A stretch of 64,000 nt of DNA, taken from NCBI GenBank assembly GCA_013265495.1, contig MU058650.1, positions 89,394-153,393 on the forward strand. Direction: 5' to 3'. Shown here piece by piece: positions 27,510-41,538 of this stretch. The position numbers and the translations under genes were made by a program. This DNA is from Vicugna vicugna. Lineage: Eukaryota. Position 1 is the stretch's first letter. Each line of letters starts with the position of its first letter. A model generated the notes under the pieces. It saw only the letters and a list, made by a program, of their open reading frames with translations. It ran no database searches and was not told the DNA's origin.

Positions 27510-28320
27510 TTTTAAAATGTGTGTTTATATGTTTGAAATATACTCTTCTGTCTCATCATTTTGCCTAATTTTGTTTTTATTCCTACATATTAGGTAGGCT
27601 GGTTACAGAGTGGGCCTGCTGGCTATGCGACCCGGGGTTCCTGGGGCTGGTGCCTGCGCACTAGTGGGCGAGTAAGTCCCCTGCACTGATTGTCTAGGGA
27701 GGATTCCAAAATGGAGCTGGCCAGCATCAGTGTCCTCATGGTCGAACAAACTCCCCATAACGGCTGCCACTAGTGCCTATGTCCCCATGGGGAGTCCCAG
27801 TTGCCTCTGGCCTCTCCAGGAGTCTCTCCAAGATCAGCAAGGAGGTCTGACCCAGGCTTCTTTCAAATTGCTGCTCCTACACTGGTCTCAGAGTGTGTGA
27901 GATTTTGTGTGTGCCTTTGAAGAGCAGAGTCTATGTTTCCCACAGCTTTCTGGATTTCCTTTATTCAAGCCCTGCTGGCCTTCAAAGCCAGACACTCTGG
28001 GGGCTTATTTTCCCAGGTCCTAAAGACCCTTAAATGGGGAGCTCACATGGGACATGGACTCCTTGCTCCTTTGGGAGAATCTCTAAAATTATAATTATCC
28101 CATTTGTGGGTCATCTCCTCAGAGGTGTGGGTCTTGATTATACCCCTGTCTGCCCCTTCTACCTATCTCACTGCGGTTTCTTCTTTATGCTTTGAGTTGT
28201 AGGAAGTATTTCCTAGTGATCTCCAGGCTGTTCTCATAGATGGTTGTCCTGTAAGTAGTTGTGCCTGTCAGAGGAGCTGAGCTCAGGGTCTTCCTACTCT
28301 GCCATCTTGGCCACGCCTCT
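27510..28320 (-). mobile_element. 3'-truncated LINE-1: 5'UTR plus the first ~12 codons of ORF1
   Basis: Minus strand starts ggccaagatggcagagtaggaagaccctgagctc, shares blocks with 51970-52560 (gatgacccacaa, tttgaaggccagcagggctt) and ends aaaattaggcaaaatgatgagacagaagagtatatttcaa, matching the ORF1 start context at 53060-53095. Confidence 0.85.
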
Positions 28321-28419
28321 TTTGTTATTCTTTTTCATGCTGAAAATAAAACTTGTCCAGTAGGAGCCCATTCACACTAAGATCTATGTACACACACACA
28401 CACACACACAGACACTTAA

Positions 28420-29360
28420 AAAAAACTATTTGAAAGTAAGAATGTGACATGGCATTTTATCCCTAAATATGTCAGCAAACATATCTTAAAATAAGATATT
28501 CTTTGACAGAATAAGAACATCATTATTACTAAAATCACATCTAAGAAAACAAACAACTCAGCCATACTATCTAATATATAATCTGTATTTAAATTTTCTT
28601 ATTTGTCTGCCAAATGGTTTTTTGTTTGTTTACTTAATTTTCATGATATTGAATTTCTTTTTAACAGACTTAGTATCTCGCAGAATGTTCTCCATTTCAG
28701 TTTGTCTGATTGTTTCCTCATGACTAGCTCCAGGTGAAAAGCTGCAGGAAGAAGTATTTGTTACGCAGCACTGTGCCCTCTTGTTGCCGATGCAGTAGTA
28801 CATGCAGGACCAACGCTGGGCTGCCCTATCGCTGCGCAGATGTAGCGTGCAGTTAGGGTGGAGAGGGCTATGCCTCTTCATTTTAAAGATATGTTTTCCT
28901 TTTGTGAGTAACATGTAGTCTATTTGATAATAGTATGGGATTATGTTAATGACCTACTTCCAAACGGCTTTCTACCCAGTGTTTTGTACGTGGATGCATG
29001 TTAATTTGGATTCATGAATTCTTCTTTTTCTGTTCAAGAATAATTTTGGTTATTCTTTTTGATTCTCAAAATATCCCATATGTTGTTAATGGAAGTCCCT
29101 TCAGACAGGCTCCTGTGCTGTTTTGACATGACTTTATTAGTGTGTGAGCACTTCTTTGCTTTCTGGTGTAATAGTATATCGTAGGCTCATCTGGCACTTT
29201 CTCTGACCCAAATCAGTAATTTCTTCAAGAGGTCTTTCTTTTATTAGGGAATAAAAAGTAGGAAACAAAATGTGGGCTCTAGGAATGTAAATTGTTACTC
29301 TGATTGTGCTTATTATTGCTAGGACATTTCAGTAAACAGAGCTAGAAAACAGATACTTTT
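28420..29360 (-). mobile_element. Old L1 (L1ME-like) 3' region
   Basis: tttgaaagtaag...gacatggcattttatccctaaatatgtcagc, ggaagtcccttcagacaggctcctgtg, gagcacttctttgctttctgg, ttgctaggacatttcagtaaacagagctagaaa. Confidence 0.6.
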
Positions 29361-29564
29361 AAACAATTAAGGATTTACTGTGTTTACCAGGGGATGACAG
29401 GGAGGGACTGACTTTTCAGTCATACCCTAGAAGAATCATGAGATAATTTTGGTGGGGGGGGATGAAAGAAATGTCTTGATTATGGATGGTAGTTAAATAA
29501 TTCTCTGAATTTGCCAAAACTCATGTATCTCTATACCAAAAAGAGTGCATTTTAAATTGCTCTT

Positions 29565-29785
29565 AATTTTTATATTATTTTTAAGTTCACAGTAAAACTG
29601 CACAAGATGTACAGAGATTTTCCCTATACGTCCTGCCCCTAAACATGTATAACCTCCCTAATTCTCAACATCCTCAACCAGAATGGTACCTTTATTAAGA
29701 TCAATGAACCTACAATGACACAACATAATCATGCCAAGCCCATAGTTTACATTAGAATTCACTCTTGTTCTTGCACATTATATAA
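29565..29785 (-). mobile_element. Old L1 (L1MC-like) 3'UTR fragment
   Basis: ttttaagttcacagtaaaactgcacaagatgtacagagattt...tcaatgaacctacaatgacaca...gtttacattagaattcactcttg. Confidence 0.7.
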
Positions 29786-30019
29786 AAACCAGCTTGTTAT
29801 TTTTTTTAAGTAAGTATTGCATTAAATGTACATATCAAATTTGCAGAGAATGAACAATTCCACAATGTTCAGTCATTCTGTCTAAGATTAGGGGGTGTCT
29901 CTTTTTGTTCAAGTCTCATTTTATCTTTCTGGAATGCTTTAAATTTCTCTCTTTGTGTTTCCACTTTAACAAATGCTACAATCTTACAAACAACATATTT
30001 TGACAGTTTATTTATATCT

Positions 30020-30520
30020 CCTCTACGTGGGGCCAGCTGGCACTCTCTGAAGTTTACAAAGACCCCTACTCCTGGGCTATTCATGTGCCTGGAGCCTATT
30101 GACATCTTAACCCTACTCGCAACTGCAGGACCCTCTGTAGACCTCCATTTCTGCAAGATAAAAACATCTTCTCTGGATCTGTGTTTTTACCCTAATAAAA
30201 CTAAATCACCCCATGGAATAGCCTGTCTCAATACCCTAGGCGGACAGGCCTCACATCCTGCCCTTATCAGAGTCATAAATCAGGTACTTGTGCCTGATTT
30301 GATTGATCACACAGCCCCCTACTCCTTGTGTTCACAACCCCTTCCTCCAGTAAGAGACCCTGTATGTTCACCCCAATGGGCACACAATCGCCTCTCATCT
30401 GCGTGGCCTGCTGTTGCCTGTAGTAGTTTATTTATTAAACTTTCCCTTTGTTCTTAAATTCTCATGGTCTTTGGTAATTTTTTTTTTTTTTTTTTTACCA
30501 TCTGTGCACCGGCCCACTTT
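30020..30520 (+). mobile_element. Probable ERV1-class solo LTR
   Basis: C-rich body, attaaa poly(A)-like signal at ~30434 and a U5-like end ttggtaa(t)n-accatctgtgcaccggccc. The left boundary is uncertain. Confidence 0.45.
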
Positions 30521-30599
30521 GTATAGTTTGGGGAATTTTTAATAATGCTTCTTTAATTTTAATTTTTTGTTTTAGTTCCAGGACCAAGTGTCAACAGCA

Positions 30600-31620
30600 C
30601 AGATTAGCTACTAGAGACATTGCTGAGAGAGAAGGACAAAATTGAATGGAAAAGGGGAGTAAGTGCTGTTGTTACCAGGAAAGGGGAATATGAAAGGAAG
30701 ATGAGATGATGCAGAAGATGAGTTATTGTCCAGCCACAGTGAGTTTGAAATGCAAAGTTCTTTAAAGCCCACCAGGAGGCCTTCAGCAAGCATTAGGGAT
30801 CTAGGCCTGGAATTCAGAGCAGAGATCCGGGCTGGGCATAAAACTCAGGAACTATCAGCTTATTATTGGGAACAGTGGACAACACTACCTGGGAAATGGA
30901 CAGGGTGAGAAGAATAGAAGACTCAGGAGAGAATTTTAGGAAACATCAGGGGCAGCAAGAAGGAAAGAGTGTGGAAGGAAGAGAAGCAAGACCAGGGAAG
31001 GTGTACAAAGTGTAAGTAGCATGAGTGTTATTATGAAAGCCAAGGGAGCAAGGGAGTAGCAAGAGACAAACCAAGGGGAGAGAGTGTCAGACGCCTCAGA
31101 GAGGTCAGGAAGTGGGAGCCTCGGAAGCTCCAGGATGCAGGTAGCTGCTGCTGACTTCCAGAGGCAGCAGTTTTGGTGGAATGCTAAAAGCACAGCCAGG
31201 GGCTCGTAACTGATGAGCAAAGGAAGGGGGGTGAGCAGGAGGAGGTACCGCATATGAATAAACAATTGCTTCAAATTGTTGCAAAAAGGAGGAAGTAGAC
31301 AGGGTGAGACCTTGGGATGGATGTGGCTTGTTTTCAAAGAGAGGGGGATCTGAGTCTGTTCTGTAAGCAGGTAAGGATGAATTAGAGAGAATGAGAGGTA
31401 GCGGAAGACAAAACCCAAGACAGGGCAGAAGCCCTTTTATTCTGAAACTGGCATGAAGAAAGAAACTGGATGTAGGAGTGTAGATTTATTTGGGGATTAG
31501 AGTTCTGGGAAGTAGAGTGAGTTTGTGCCTGACATTCTTTTTTTGTTTGTTTGTTTTTTGTGGTAGAGTTATATGCTGAGATGGAAAGGATTAAAGCCTT
31601 TAGAGGCATAGCGCTGAAAA
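30600..31620 (-). mobile_element. LINE-2 internal fragment
   Basis: Purine-rich; gtgagtttgaaatgc, ggaattcagagcagagatccgggctgggcataaaactcagga, gtgtcagacgcctcagagaggtcagga. Confidence 0.7.
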
Positions 31621-32209
31621 AATCATGGTCTACCTCTTTTAACCCACTCTGTTTAATTGTAGGGGGACAAACTCAATTTTGTAAAATAAATTTGCCTGGA
31701 AATAATATCAACCTTATAATATATAACATAGACCTTTCTGCAGATTTTCTGATTTTGTCTTTTCTTTATTGGTGCTGCAACTTTCCTGGTGTGCTGCTAG
31801 GCATGTGCTCAGCCTGCCTGCTGAGTCATCAAGCAGTAAAGGGTTTGAGCAAAGCCATTAAGCTCCAGAGCAGCTGCGTTCAAGAATGGCAAATTCATCA
31901 GGGGAAAGAACAGGTAAACGCAGTGCAGGAGGCTTAGATAAAGTTTGCAACCTAAACCTTTCTGTGATAAGAAACCTCATGGTTCTGTGACTTGCCTCCA
32001 ATTGTGGTTGATTGCCCTTAACATGTTTATCATCACAGGAGAGGGTGGGAAGGGGCAGCACAGTCACTGGCTCAGGCCTCTCACTGAGGGATCATATCAT
32101 GCTGTTCCAGTTTGAGTTCCTGCAAGCAACCAAGGTCTTAGGGAGACACTCAGGAGATGAAAATATGTTTATGCTAAATAACAGATTTAATTAAGTTGTG
32201 CTAATTATT

Positions 32210-32390
32210 AGCCTTGTTTTAAAGACTTTACTAGTACTAACTTTTTCAGTCTATGTAACAACCCTATGAGACAAGCACAATTATTGGCCTCATTTTTAAG
32301 AAAGGAAACAGAGAAATGAAAATCTTAAGTAATTTGCCCAAGGCCAAAACTGGTAAATGGCAGAGATAGCATTTAAATCCGGAATTTCTT
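32210..32390 (-). mobile_element. MIR SINE
   Basis: aacaaccctatgag...cctcatttttaagaaaggaaacagag...aagtaatttgcccaaggcca. Confidence 0.75.
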
Positions 32391-34244
32391 CTTTTCCTTG
32401 TTTAGGTGAAAATGAAATGAGAAAATGTGAACTATTATGGGATGGTTCCAGATAAAAGCCATATTCAATAGAGAAATACATGTGCATGAGACACGGATGA
32501 GTAGCGAGAACCTAGCTTTGATGTTGTCCTTAAAATGAACAAAGCAAGTCAACTACATCACAATCAGAATGGAGGTTCAGAGGTCTGATAATGTTCATTT
32601 CTTCCTGTAAAAAGGTCAATAAAACCATAGATTGTTTAATAACTTCAATGCCCCATGACAATTACCTGGTGCTCAACAGTCCTGAGTAATTCTGATGACT
32701 TGCTTTGGAGTCGGGATTGCCTGTTTGGGTTACGCATATTCCTCACACACAGGGAGAAAGTTCAACTGCTCGAAAGGCAGTTGCATATTATTATTTTCCT
32801 GCAGAAAACTCCATTGGTTTGCCCACTAAGGTATTCGTTATTCTTTTGCTTGTGTTAAGCAAACTGGAAAGAGGAGAAAGGGTAAGCTTGGGAGAAAAGA
32901 GTAAAATCAAAATTTGAAACTCATATATATTTCTTACAGGAAAAGTAGGAAGGTCCCAGGTGGCCAGCAGTGGGCATGGTTCTCCCTCTTTCCTTCCTGC
33001 CTCCTCAACAATCCCTATCTCCATCTTGATTACACTAGATATCCTGACTGCAGCACTCTGTCCTGTCCTTTTACACACCCTGTGAAATACCACATTACTA
33101 GCAAGAGTTCGCCCTGCTATTCTCTCTGTGTAGAATCTCCTTTGCCCCGTAACACCTGCTGAAAGTTTATACTGGAATTCACTTTAGCTCCAAAATAAAA
33201 TCCTACCTCTTTATGAAGGTTTACTGATTATCTCCAATCAGGAGACTTTTTTCTATTCCTTTGAAACCCACTAATATTTCATTTACACTATTTGTGCATC
33301 ATTTAATCAATTCTGACATATATGTTAACTTGTCTAGGTTACACAACTGCCTTGAAGTTGAGAGTGGTAGTTATAAGGTTTTGCTTGTCTGATATGCTGG
33401 AACTGCCTGCCATTCATGATGTCCTGACCCTCCCTAGTCCTTCCCACTCACATGCTTGTCACCCTCAACTTCACATGGAGGATGAGCACATGACTCAGGC
33501 TCACTGAAAACTTCACTGCAATCAATTTCTTAACTTTTCAAGGAAGGGGAAATGCCTGAGAATACATGATCATGGAGCTGTTGTTAGCAATCAAAGTGCC
33601 ATAAACCAAGAGAGAAAAGGGAGACTCAGCCCTGACAATACTGGGCTTTTGAAATTGAAGTTTGAAAGTACTTAGTTTTATCAAGAATCATGGTTAATAA
33701 ACTCCTACAGATTTATAAGTATCTTAAGGTCAAGATTGGCGCCTGACTTATCTCTCTGTTCTTCCATCCGGAGTTTGATGGAGGCAGCACAGAAAGAAAG
33801 AATGATCTAGTGGATGAATGGTGCCTTGACTCTTGCCTTTAACTCTCCCAAGCATGCACTGGGAAATTCAAAGCTCTCAAGATGCTTCTCCAGCTAACTG
33901 AGTTTATATATTTTATTCCTCAGCTTAGTATTTGTCTTACTAAGAATCTAGCCTATTCAGTTGATACTCTCCCCTCTGATATGTTTTCCACACTACCAGT
34001 TTATCTGGGAAATACAAAGCCTCAAACAGTTCAACTGCTTCTTTTCAAGACCTAGGTGATGGAAAGAAAAATGGCAGGCCTTCCAAACAGGCAGATGGAC
34101 GAAAGGCATAGATGCTCATATGGATGACAGCACACACCACACACATACTTCAAGGGCTCATATATATTATACTTCTCGCAGTTTTTCCTAGTTTCCTTGA
34201 TTCTCTACGTCTTTATATTTACTCCATATCTTGAGTCTTTATTA

Positions 34245-37200
34245 CTATGTTATGAGATAGATTTATTTCACCCATTTTAAAGTGTACAGTTCAGTGCTTC
34301 TTAACATATTTGGTGGTGTGGAGCCATCACCACTATCTAATTTTAGAATATCTTTGTGATCCTAAAAAGAAACCATGTACTTATTAACAGTCATTCCCTA
34401 TCCTTCAACACCCTTAGCCTCTAGCAACTACTCATCTATTTTCCGTCTCTGGGTTTGACTACTGTGAACGTGTCACACACATAGAAACATACAACAAGTG
34501 GTCTTTTGTGATTGTCTTCTTTCACTTATAATATTTCCAAGGTTCTTCCACATTGTAGCATGTATAAACAATTTTTTCATTTTTATTGCCTTATAACATT
34601 TCATTGTAAGAAAATACCACTTTTTGTTTATCAGTTCATCAGTTGATAAAAATTTAGGTTGTTTCCACATTTTGCTGTCATAAATAATGTTTCTATAAAT
34701 GCTCATGTGCCAGTTTTTGTGTAGTCATATGTTTTCATTTCTTTTAGTTATTACCAAGAAATGGATTTACTGAGTCTTATGGCAACTCTATTTTTCACTT
34801 TTGAGGAACTGTCAAACTGTCTTTTCCAAAGTGGCTGCACCATTTTACATTATCACTAGCAATATATCAAAGTATGAAGATTCCAACTTGAACAATTCAA
34901 ACAATTGTTCTTGTCTGTCTTTTTAATTTTGGACCTTCTTGTGGATGTGAAGTAATATCTCATTTTGGTTTTGATTTTTGATTTACATTTCCCAAATGAC
35001 TAATGATGTTAAGCATTTTTCATTTGTTTGTTGACCATGTATATCTCATCTTTGAAGATATGCCTTTTCAAATTCTATACCTGTTAAATCCACTGGACTA
35101 TTTGTCTTTTTGTTGTTAAATTTAAAGAGTTCTTTATGCACACTGGATACAAGTCCTGTGGCAGACATAAAATATTCAAATATTCTCTTCCTTTTTGTAA
35201 GCTGTCTTTTAACTTTCTTGATGATATCCTTTGATGCACAACTTTTTAATTTGAATAAAGTCAAATTTATGTATGCATTCTTTTTTGTTTGCATTTTTTG
35301 TGTCAGTTATAAAAAAAATTGCCTAAGCCAAACTCATAAAGATTTACTCCTTTGTTTCTTCTAGGAGTTTCATAGTTTTAGATCTTACATTTAGATCCAT
35401 ATCTATTTAAAGAAATTTGTTCTTCTTTTTTAAGATTGTTTTGGCTGTTCTGGGTCACTTGCATTTACATATACACTTTAGGATCAGCTTGTCAATTTCT
35501 GGGGAAAAAACAGCTGGAATTTTAGTAGAGATTGCACTGAATCTGTAGATCAATTTGGAGAATATTATCATCTTAACAATGTTAAGTCTTCTAATCCATG
35601 AACATGAGATATTTTCCCACTATAATGTTTATAGTTTTCAGTATATGACTTGCCCTTTTGTTAAATTTAATTCTTGTTACTTTATTCTCTTTGCTTCAAT
35701 TATAAATGGGATAGTTTTCTTAATTTTATTTTCAGATTGTTCTTTCCTAATGTATAGAAATATCATTGATTTTTGTACTTTGCTCTCATACCCTGCCATA
35801 TTGCTGAACTCATTTATTAGTTTTAATCGTTTCTTAGTAAACTCGTTAGAACTTTGATCATGTCACCTGCAAACAGAGTTTTACTTCTTCCAATCTGAGT
35901 GTCTTTCTTTTCCTTACACAATAATCCTGGAAAGAACATCCAGTACAATGTTGAATAGAAATGGTGAATTGACAGTCTTGTCTTGTTACTGACCATAGTG
36001 GCAACATGCTCAATCTTTTCTCTATTATGTATGAAGTTAACTATGGGTTTTTCATAGTTGTACTTTGTCAAGTTGAAGAAGTTTAACCTTTTATTCTTAG
36101 TTTGTTCAGTGCTTCTATGATGAAAGAGTGTTGAACTTAATCAAATGTTTTCTTTGCATCTATTGATTGATTTTCATATGCTAAACCAATATTGCATTCC
36201 AATGATAAATCTCACTTGGCCATGGTGTGTAATCCTTATTTATGTTGTGGGATTTGATTTACTAGTATTTTGTTGTGCATTTTTGTGAGTATATTTATAG
36301 AGATATTGGACTGTCATTTTCTTTTCTTATGGTATCTCTGATTCTGGTATAAGTGTAATACTGGCCTAAGAATGAGCTGGAACGCGTTCTCTCTCTTAGC
36401 TTTGGAAGAGTTTGTGAAAATTTAGTATTAATTCTTTATTAAATGTTTGGTAGAGTTCATTAGTAAAGACATATGTCCAGTGCATTCCTTTGTTGGAAGT
36501 TTTAAAACTACTAATCCAGTCTCTTTGTTATACATTTATTCAAATTTTCTATACCTTTTGAGTCACTTTCAGGAGCTTGTGACTTTCTAGAAATTTGTCC
36601 ACTTTATCTAACTTACATTATTTGTTGTCATACAGTTATTCATGACACTCTCTTATAATCCTTTTTATTTCTTTAAGGTTAGTAGCAACCCTGTTTTTTC
36701 CCTGATTTTAATAATTTGAGTCTTTTCTTGAGTCTCTTTTTTCTTTGGTTAATCTAGTTAAAATTAGGTCCTCTTATTTCTTTTATTTTTTTTAAATTCT
36801 CTTTTTCATTTATTTCCACTCTAATTCCCTTCTTTCAGGTTGCCTTGGGTCTAATTTGGTTGTTATTTTTATAGTTTCCTAGGGTGAAATATTAGGTTAT
36901 TGATTTGATTTTTTAATATTGGCATTTGTAATTACAGATTTTCCTAAAGAACTGCTTAGTTGCATCTCATAAATTTTGGTATTTTTTGTTTTTGTTTTAA
37001 TTTGTCTCAAAGTATTTTCTACTTTCCCTTGTGATTTATTTTTTTGGTTATTTAAGAATGTGTTATTTCTCACATATTAGTGAATTTCTCAAATTTTTTT
37101 CTGTTGATTTCTAATTTCATTGTGGTGAGAGAACATACTTTACATGACTTCAGTCCTTTAAAATTTATTATGGTTTGTTTTATTTTCTGGTATGTGACCT

Positions 37201-39950
37201 ACCCTAGAGAATGTTTCTGAAGAGTGTCTACATATAACTGAGAAGAATGTGTATTCTGCTGCTGTTCAGTGGTGTGTTTTATAGAGAGAGATAGAGATGC
37301 ATATAATTATGTTTATGAATCTGTGTATGTCTGTTAGATCTAATTGATTTATAGTGTTTTTTAAATCTTCCATTCTTCTTGTTCATTAGTAGCTTCCTTG
37401 TTAATTCTATTGTTAATATTGGGAAATTGAGGTCTCTAACGATTATTGTCAAATTGTATGTTGTTCTCTTCAGTTCTGTCAGGTTTTGCTTCATGCACTT
37501 TGGTGCACTGTTGTTAGGTATATATAAGTTTATAACCCTTCTATCACCCTGATGAATTGACCATCTCATCATTAAAAAAAGTCATTTGTCTCTAGAAATT
37601 TGCATATTAAAATCTATTTTGTATGATATTAGTATTATTACCCCAACTATCTTTTGGTTACTGCTTACATGATATATTTAACATTTAACTGGTTTCTGAC
37701 TTTGAATCTAAAGTGTGTCACTTCTGTATGCAATAGCCAAGACATGGAAACAACCTAAATGTCCATTGACAGATGACTGGATAAAGAAGATGTGAGGTAT
37801 ATATGTGAATGGACTACTGCTCAGCCATAAAAAAAAATAAAATGATGCCATTTGCAGCAACATGGATGGGACTTGAGATCATCATTCTAAGTGAAGTAAG
37901 CCAGAAAGAGATGAAAAGCACCATATGAGATCACTCATATGTGGAATCTACAAAAAAGAAAGAAGTCACTAATGAACTTATCGACAAAACAGAAACATAC
38001 TCATGGACATAGTAAACAATCTTATGGTAACTGGGGTGGGGAGGAAGAGTGGGAAGGGATAAATTGAGAGTTCGAAATTTGTGAAAATTAACTAGTATAT
38101 ATAAAATAAACAACAGATTTCTTCTGTATAGCACAGGAAACTATATCCAAATACCTTGTAGTAGCCTATAATGAAAAAGAATATGAAAATAAATATACAT
38201 GTGTGTATGTATGACTGAAACATTATGCTGTACACCAGAAATAACTGACATGTAAACTGACTATACTTCATTTAAAAATAAATAAATAAGGTGTGTCTCT
38301 TGTAGACAACATAGAGTTGGAACATACAAAAACACATTCCTCCAATTCTGCATCTGATTGGAGTTTAATCTATTTACATTTAATGTAGTAAGGTAGGATT
38401 TACATCTGGTGTTTTGCCACTTGTTTTCTATAGGCCTGTGTCTTTCTTGTTCCTTTATTCCTCAATTTGTGTCTTTCAGATATTGAATGTATATTACCTA
38501 GTGTATCTTTCTAATTGCTTTTTTGAGTCATTTAATATTTTTTTAGTTGTTTTCTTTTTGAGTTATTTCCCAGTTGCCCTTGGAGTTGCAATTAACATCT
38601 TAATTAAAACAATTTAGTTTAGGATATTATTAACTTAGTTTCAACAGTGTGCAAAAAAACTTTTCTCTAATATGACTTCATTCCCTCACCCTTCCTTTGT
38701 ATTAATATTAGCATACAAACTATATCTTTATATATAAACACATCAAAACAAATCTGTAATTTTTGCATTGTGCAGTTGTCTTTTGAAATAGAAGAAAAGA
38801 GTTACAAACAAAAGTGCTTTTTATTGTCTTTATAATATCTATGTAGTTTACTTTACTAATGTTCTATGGCTTCATGTGGATTCAAGTTATCATCTAGTAC
38901 CCTTTCATTTCATTCTGAAGGTCTCCTTTTAGTATTTCTTGTAGAGGAGGTCAGCTAGCAATCAATTCTCTCAATTTCTGTTTATCTGGTAATGTCTTAA
39001 TTTTCCTTCACTTTTAAAGGAGAATTTACTTGTATATAGAATTATTAGCTGACAGTTGTTCAACACTTTAAATATTTAAATAAATATTTAAAACAATGGC
39101 ATTGTTTTCTGGCTTTCATGGTTTCTGATGAGAATCTCTTGTATTTCATATGCTTTTTTCTATTGCTGTTTTCAAGATTTTCTATTTGTCTTTTGATCAA
39201 TAATCTTTGTCTTCACTTTCAAGGCTGGCTTCCTGGGGATTACTCCTTGATCAGGATAATTTAGTGATCAGTCAATGATTGATCAGAAGATTTCCTTAAA
39301 TGCCTTTCCCGTATGTCTTCCATGTTTTTGCTAAGGCATAAATTTACAAGGCACATTTAGCTTTTACTTCTTGCTTGCCCATGGCCTTAAAGTCAGAAAA
39401 AGATGACTGACTGATGTCTTCCTTTCTCAAGTCTTTCCTGGGTGTGCAGGGCCTTGCCTGTGCTCAGCCTTTTTCATTCCTAGGGATATGTAGAAGCTTT
39501 TCAAAGTTCCCCACTTCTCCCTCTGCCTGCTGAGCTGAGCTCTGAGTGGAATCAAATAGCTATCCACTTTGAGAATATCCATTTTCCAGAGATCTACAAA
39601 TTTGGACAAAAGTTTAATTTTGCTGTGATGTAGGATACTTTTTACAGAGCTCAAAAAGCAATAGGATCTCTCTGTTGTCTGTAATTTGACTGGCTTTTGA
39701 CCACTAAGTTCCTGTGCTGGGGAGGGAAAGGAGATAGAAATGGCCCTAAGGAAAATGTTACAGACTGTGCTGTCTTATTGAGATTCAGCAGTTCTCTCAG
39801 ATAGATGATCCTCAGTTTATTTTGTGGCTTTGGTTAATTGCCCACACTCCAAAATGATTTATTGCAGTCTTTTGCTTGTTTGTTTATATTTTCATTGTGT
39901 TAGAGGGAGAGAGGTTCACTGAGGTAACTGCCATTCTGGAAATTGATGGC
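34245..39950 (-). mobile_element. Old near-full-length LINE-1 (L1MB/L1MC-like), degenerate
   Basis: 3'UTR cacccattttaaagtgtacagttcagtg at ~34270; RT motif LFAGDMI (ORF 35823-36071); endonuclease-like NLYIPNNSAPKCMKQNL...IIVRDLN (ORF 37279-37572); ORF1/5' remnants at ~38900-39950. Confidence 0.85.
37729..38287 (+). mobile_element. 5'-truncated younger LINE-1 nested antisense in the old L1
   Basis: caatagccaagacatggaaacaacctaaatgtcc...ctatacttcatttaaaaataaataaat. Imperfect TSD aaagtgtgtcacttctgta (37710-37728) / aaggtgtgtctcttgta (38288-38304). Confidence 0.9.
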
Positions 39951-40189
39951 CACTTCTTGTTTCTTAATAATGTATTTTTCTCATGCACTACTACTAAACT
40001 CTTTTTTTATCTGTTTAGTATTTTCTGGTATAATTATGATCTCAAAGACTTAATCCTTTCTGTTTTTCTTATATACAATATATGACTACAGTAAATGTTC
40101 AACAAATAATTCACTGTGACTATACTCTATATTATCAAATGACCTATGGAGAGCAGAATCATACTTGATTGAGAACTGCTGATGTATAT

Positions 40190-40350
40190 TATTTGATTTA
40201 ACCTTTGCCACAATTCTGCTGGGTAAGTATTATTATCTCCATTCTACGGTGCCCTAGAGAGCTACGTATACACCTTATCAGTGTCACACAGCATTAACTG
40301 GCAAAGGTTGAATTTAAATCCAGGTTTTTCTGACTCCAAGGTCAGTCTTA
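40190..40350 (-). mobile_element. MIR SINE
   Basis: ggtaagtattattatctccattctac...ggttgaatttaaatccaggtttttctgactccaag. Confidence 0.65.
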
Positions 40351-41084
40351 GCTATGGTTTATAAAGAGAGAGGAAGTATTTTGTTATTTTTATTTTTTGA
40401 AATTATGACCACCTTAGATATTGTCAGTTTCCAGTTTGCATTTTATTTGTTCTATAATTTTGTTAATAGCTTTTGGACACTATAACACATTTGACTAAAC
40501 TGTTAGGGCTTTATTAATTGAGGAATTATGATGATGGGTTAATTTGGCTTTTTTCCCAATGCAATGACCTTGAACTCAGAATGACTGGGTTTGTGAGATG
40601 TAGAGTGAAATTTGGTGAAGTTATTCTTCCAAACTTTCTCTTGCTTTAACAATAAACTCTCAGAGGTGGCTGACTTTGAGTTGCCCATACTCACCCACAA
40701 CCTGTTTGTTTGTCTTGTATATAGAACACCCAAGCAGGCTTCCTCACATCCTGGCGCCAAGGCAATACTACCATGATCTTCTACATTCTATGGCTAAGAT
40801 AGCAGAAGTCTGGCACCCAGGGAAACTCCATATGTCCACCCGAATTCTACAATCTTGGGAGAACATAAGGAAATCTGTGCTTGAATTAGTCATGGTTAAT
40901 AATCTTAATGACTAAGTTTATACTCTGATAACTGATGAGTTTTTTATTTTTTCACATTACGTTCTATTGACAAAATTATGTACCTAACCCAATAGCTGCT
41001 AGCGGGCTCCTTGGAGCCCAAGAATTGTATTGAAACTCTAATTTTGCCCTTAACTGAATATGCAATCTTTTTTTAATAAGAAAA

Positions 41085-41382
41085 TTAATAACAGCTTTAT
41101 TGACATATAATTAACATGCTGAAATTCACACTTTTTAAAGGTATACAAATCAAGGTTCCTTAGGGTTACTATACTCACAGAATTGTGTAACTATCATCAT
41201 TATTTAACTTCAAAACATTTTCATCATTCCAAAAAGAAGCACTCTAACCTTCAGCAGTCACTGCTCCTCATTCCTCCTGTCCTATCCAGCCATGGGGAAC
41301 CACTAATCTACTTGCTGTTCTCGATGGATTTGTTTGTTCTGGACATTTCATATAAATGGAATTATATAATGTGTGGTCTCTC
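41085..41382 (-). mobile_element. Old L1 3'UTR fragment
   Basis: acagctttattgacatataatt...aaccactaatctactt...tctggacatttcatataaatggaattatataatgtgtggtc. Confidence 0.8.
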
Positions 41383-41538
41383 TTTAAGTTCCAGTTTTCC
41401 CTTCCGAAGGACATATAATTATTAACATCAATTACCTCATTGGGTCATATTAAAGACAAAAAGAGTTAGCAGACGTGAATCAGTCCATAAAGTTATTTGA
41501 GTTAGTGTTAATTTTAATTGTTTTAAAACCTACGCTTC

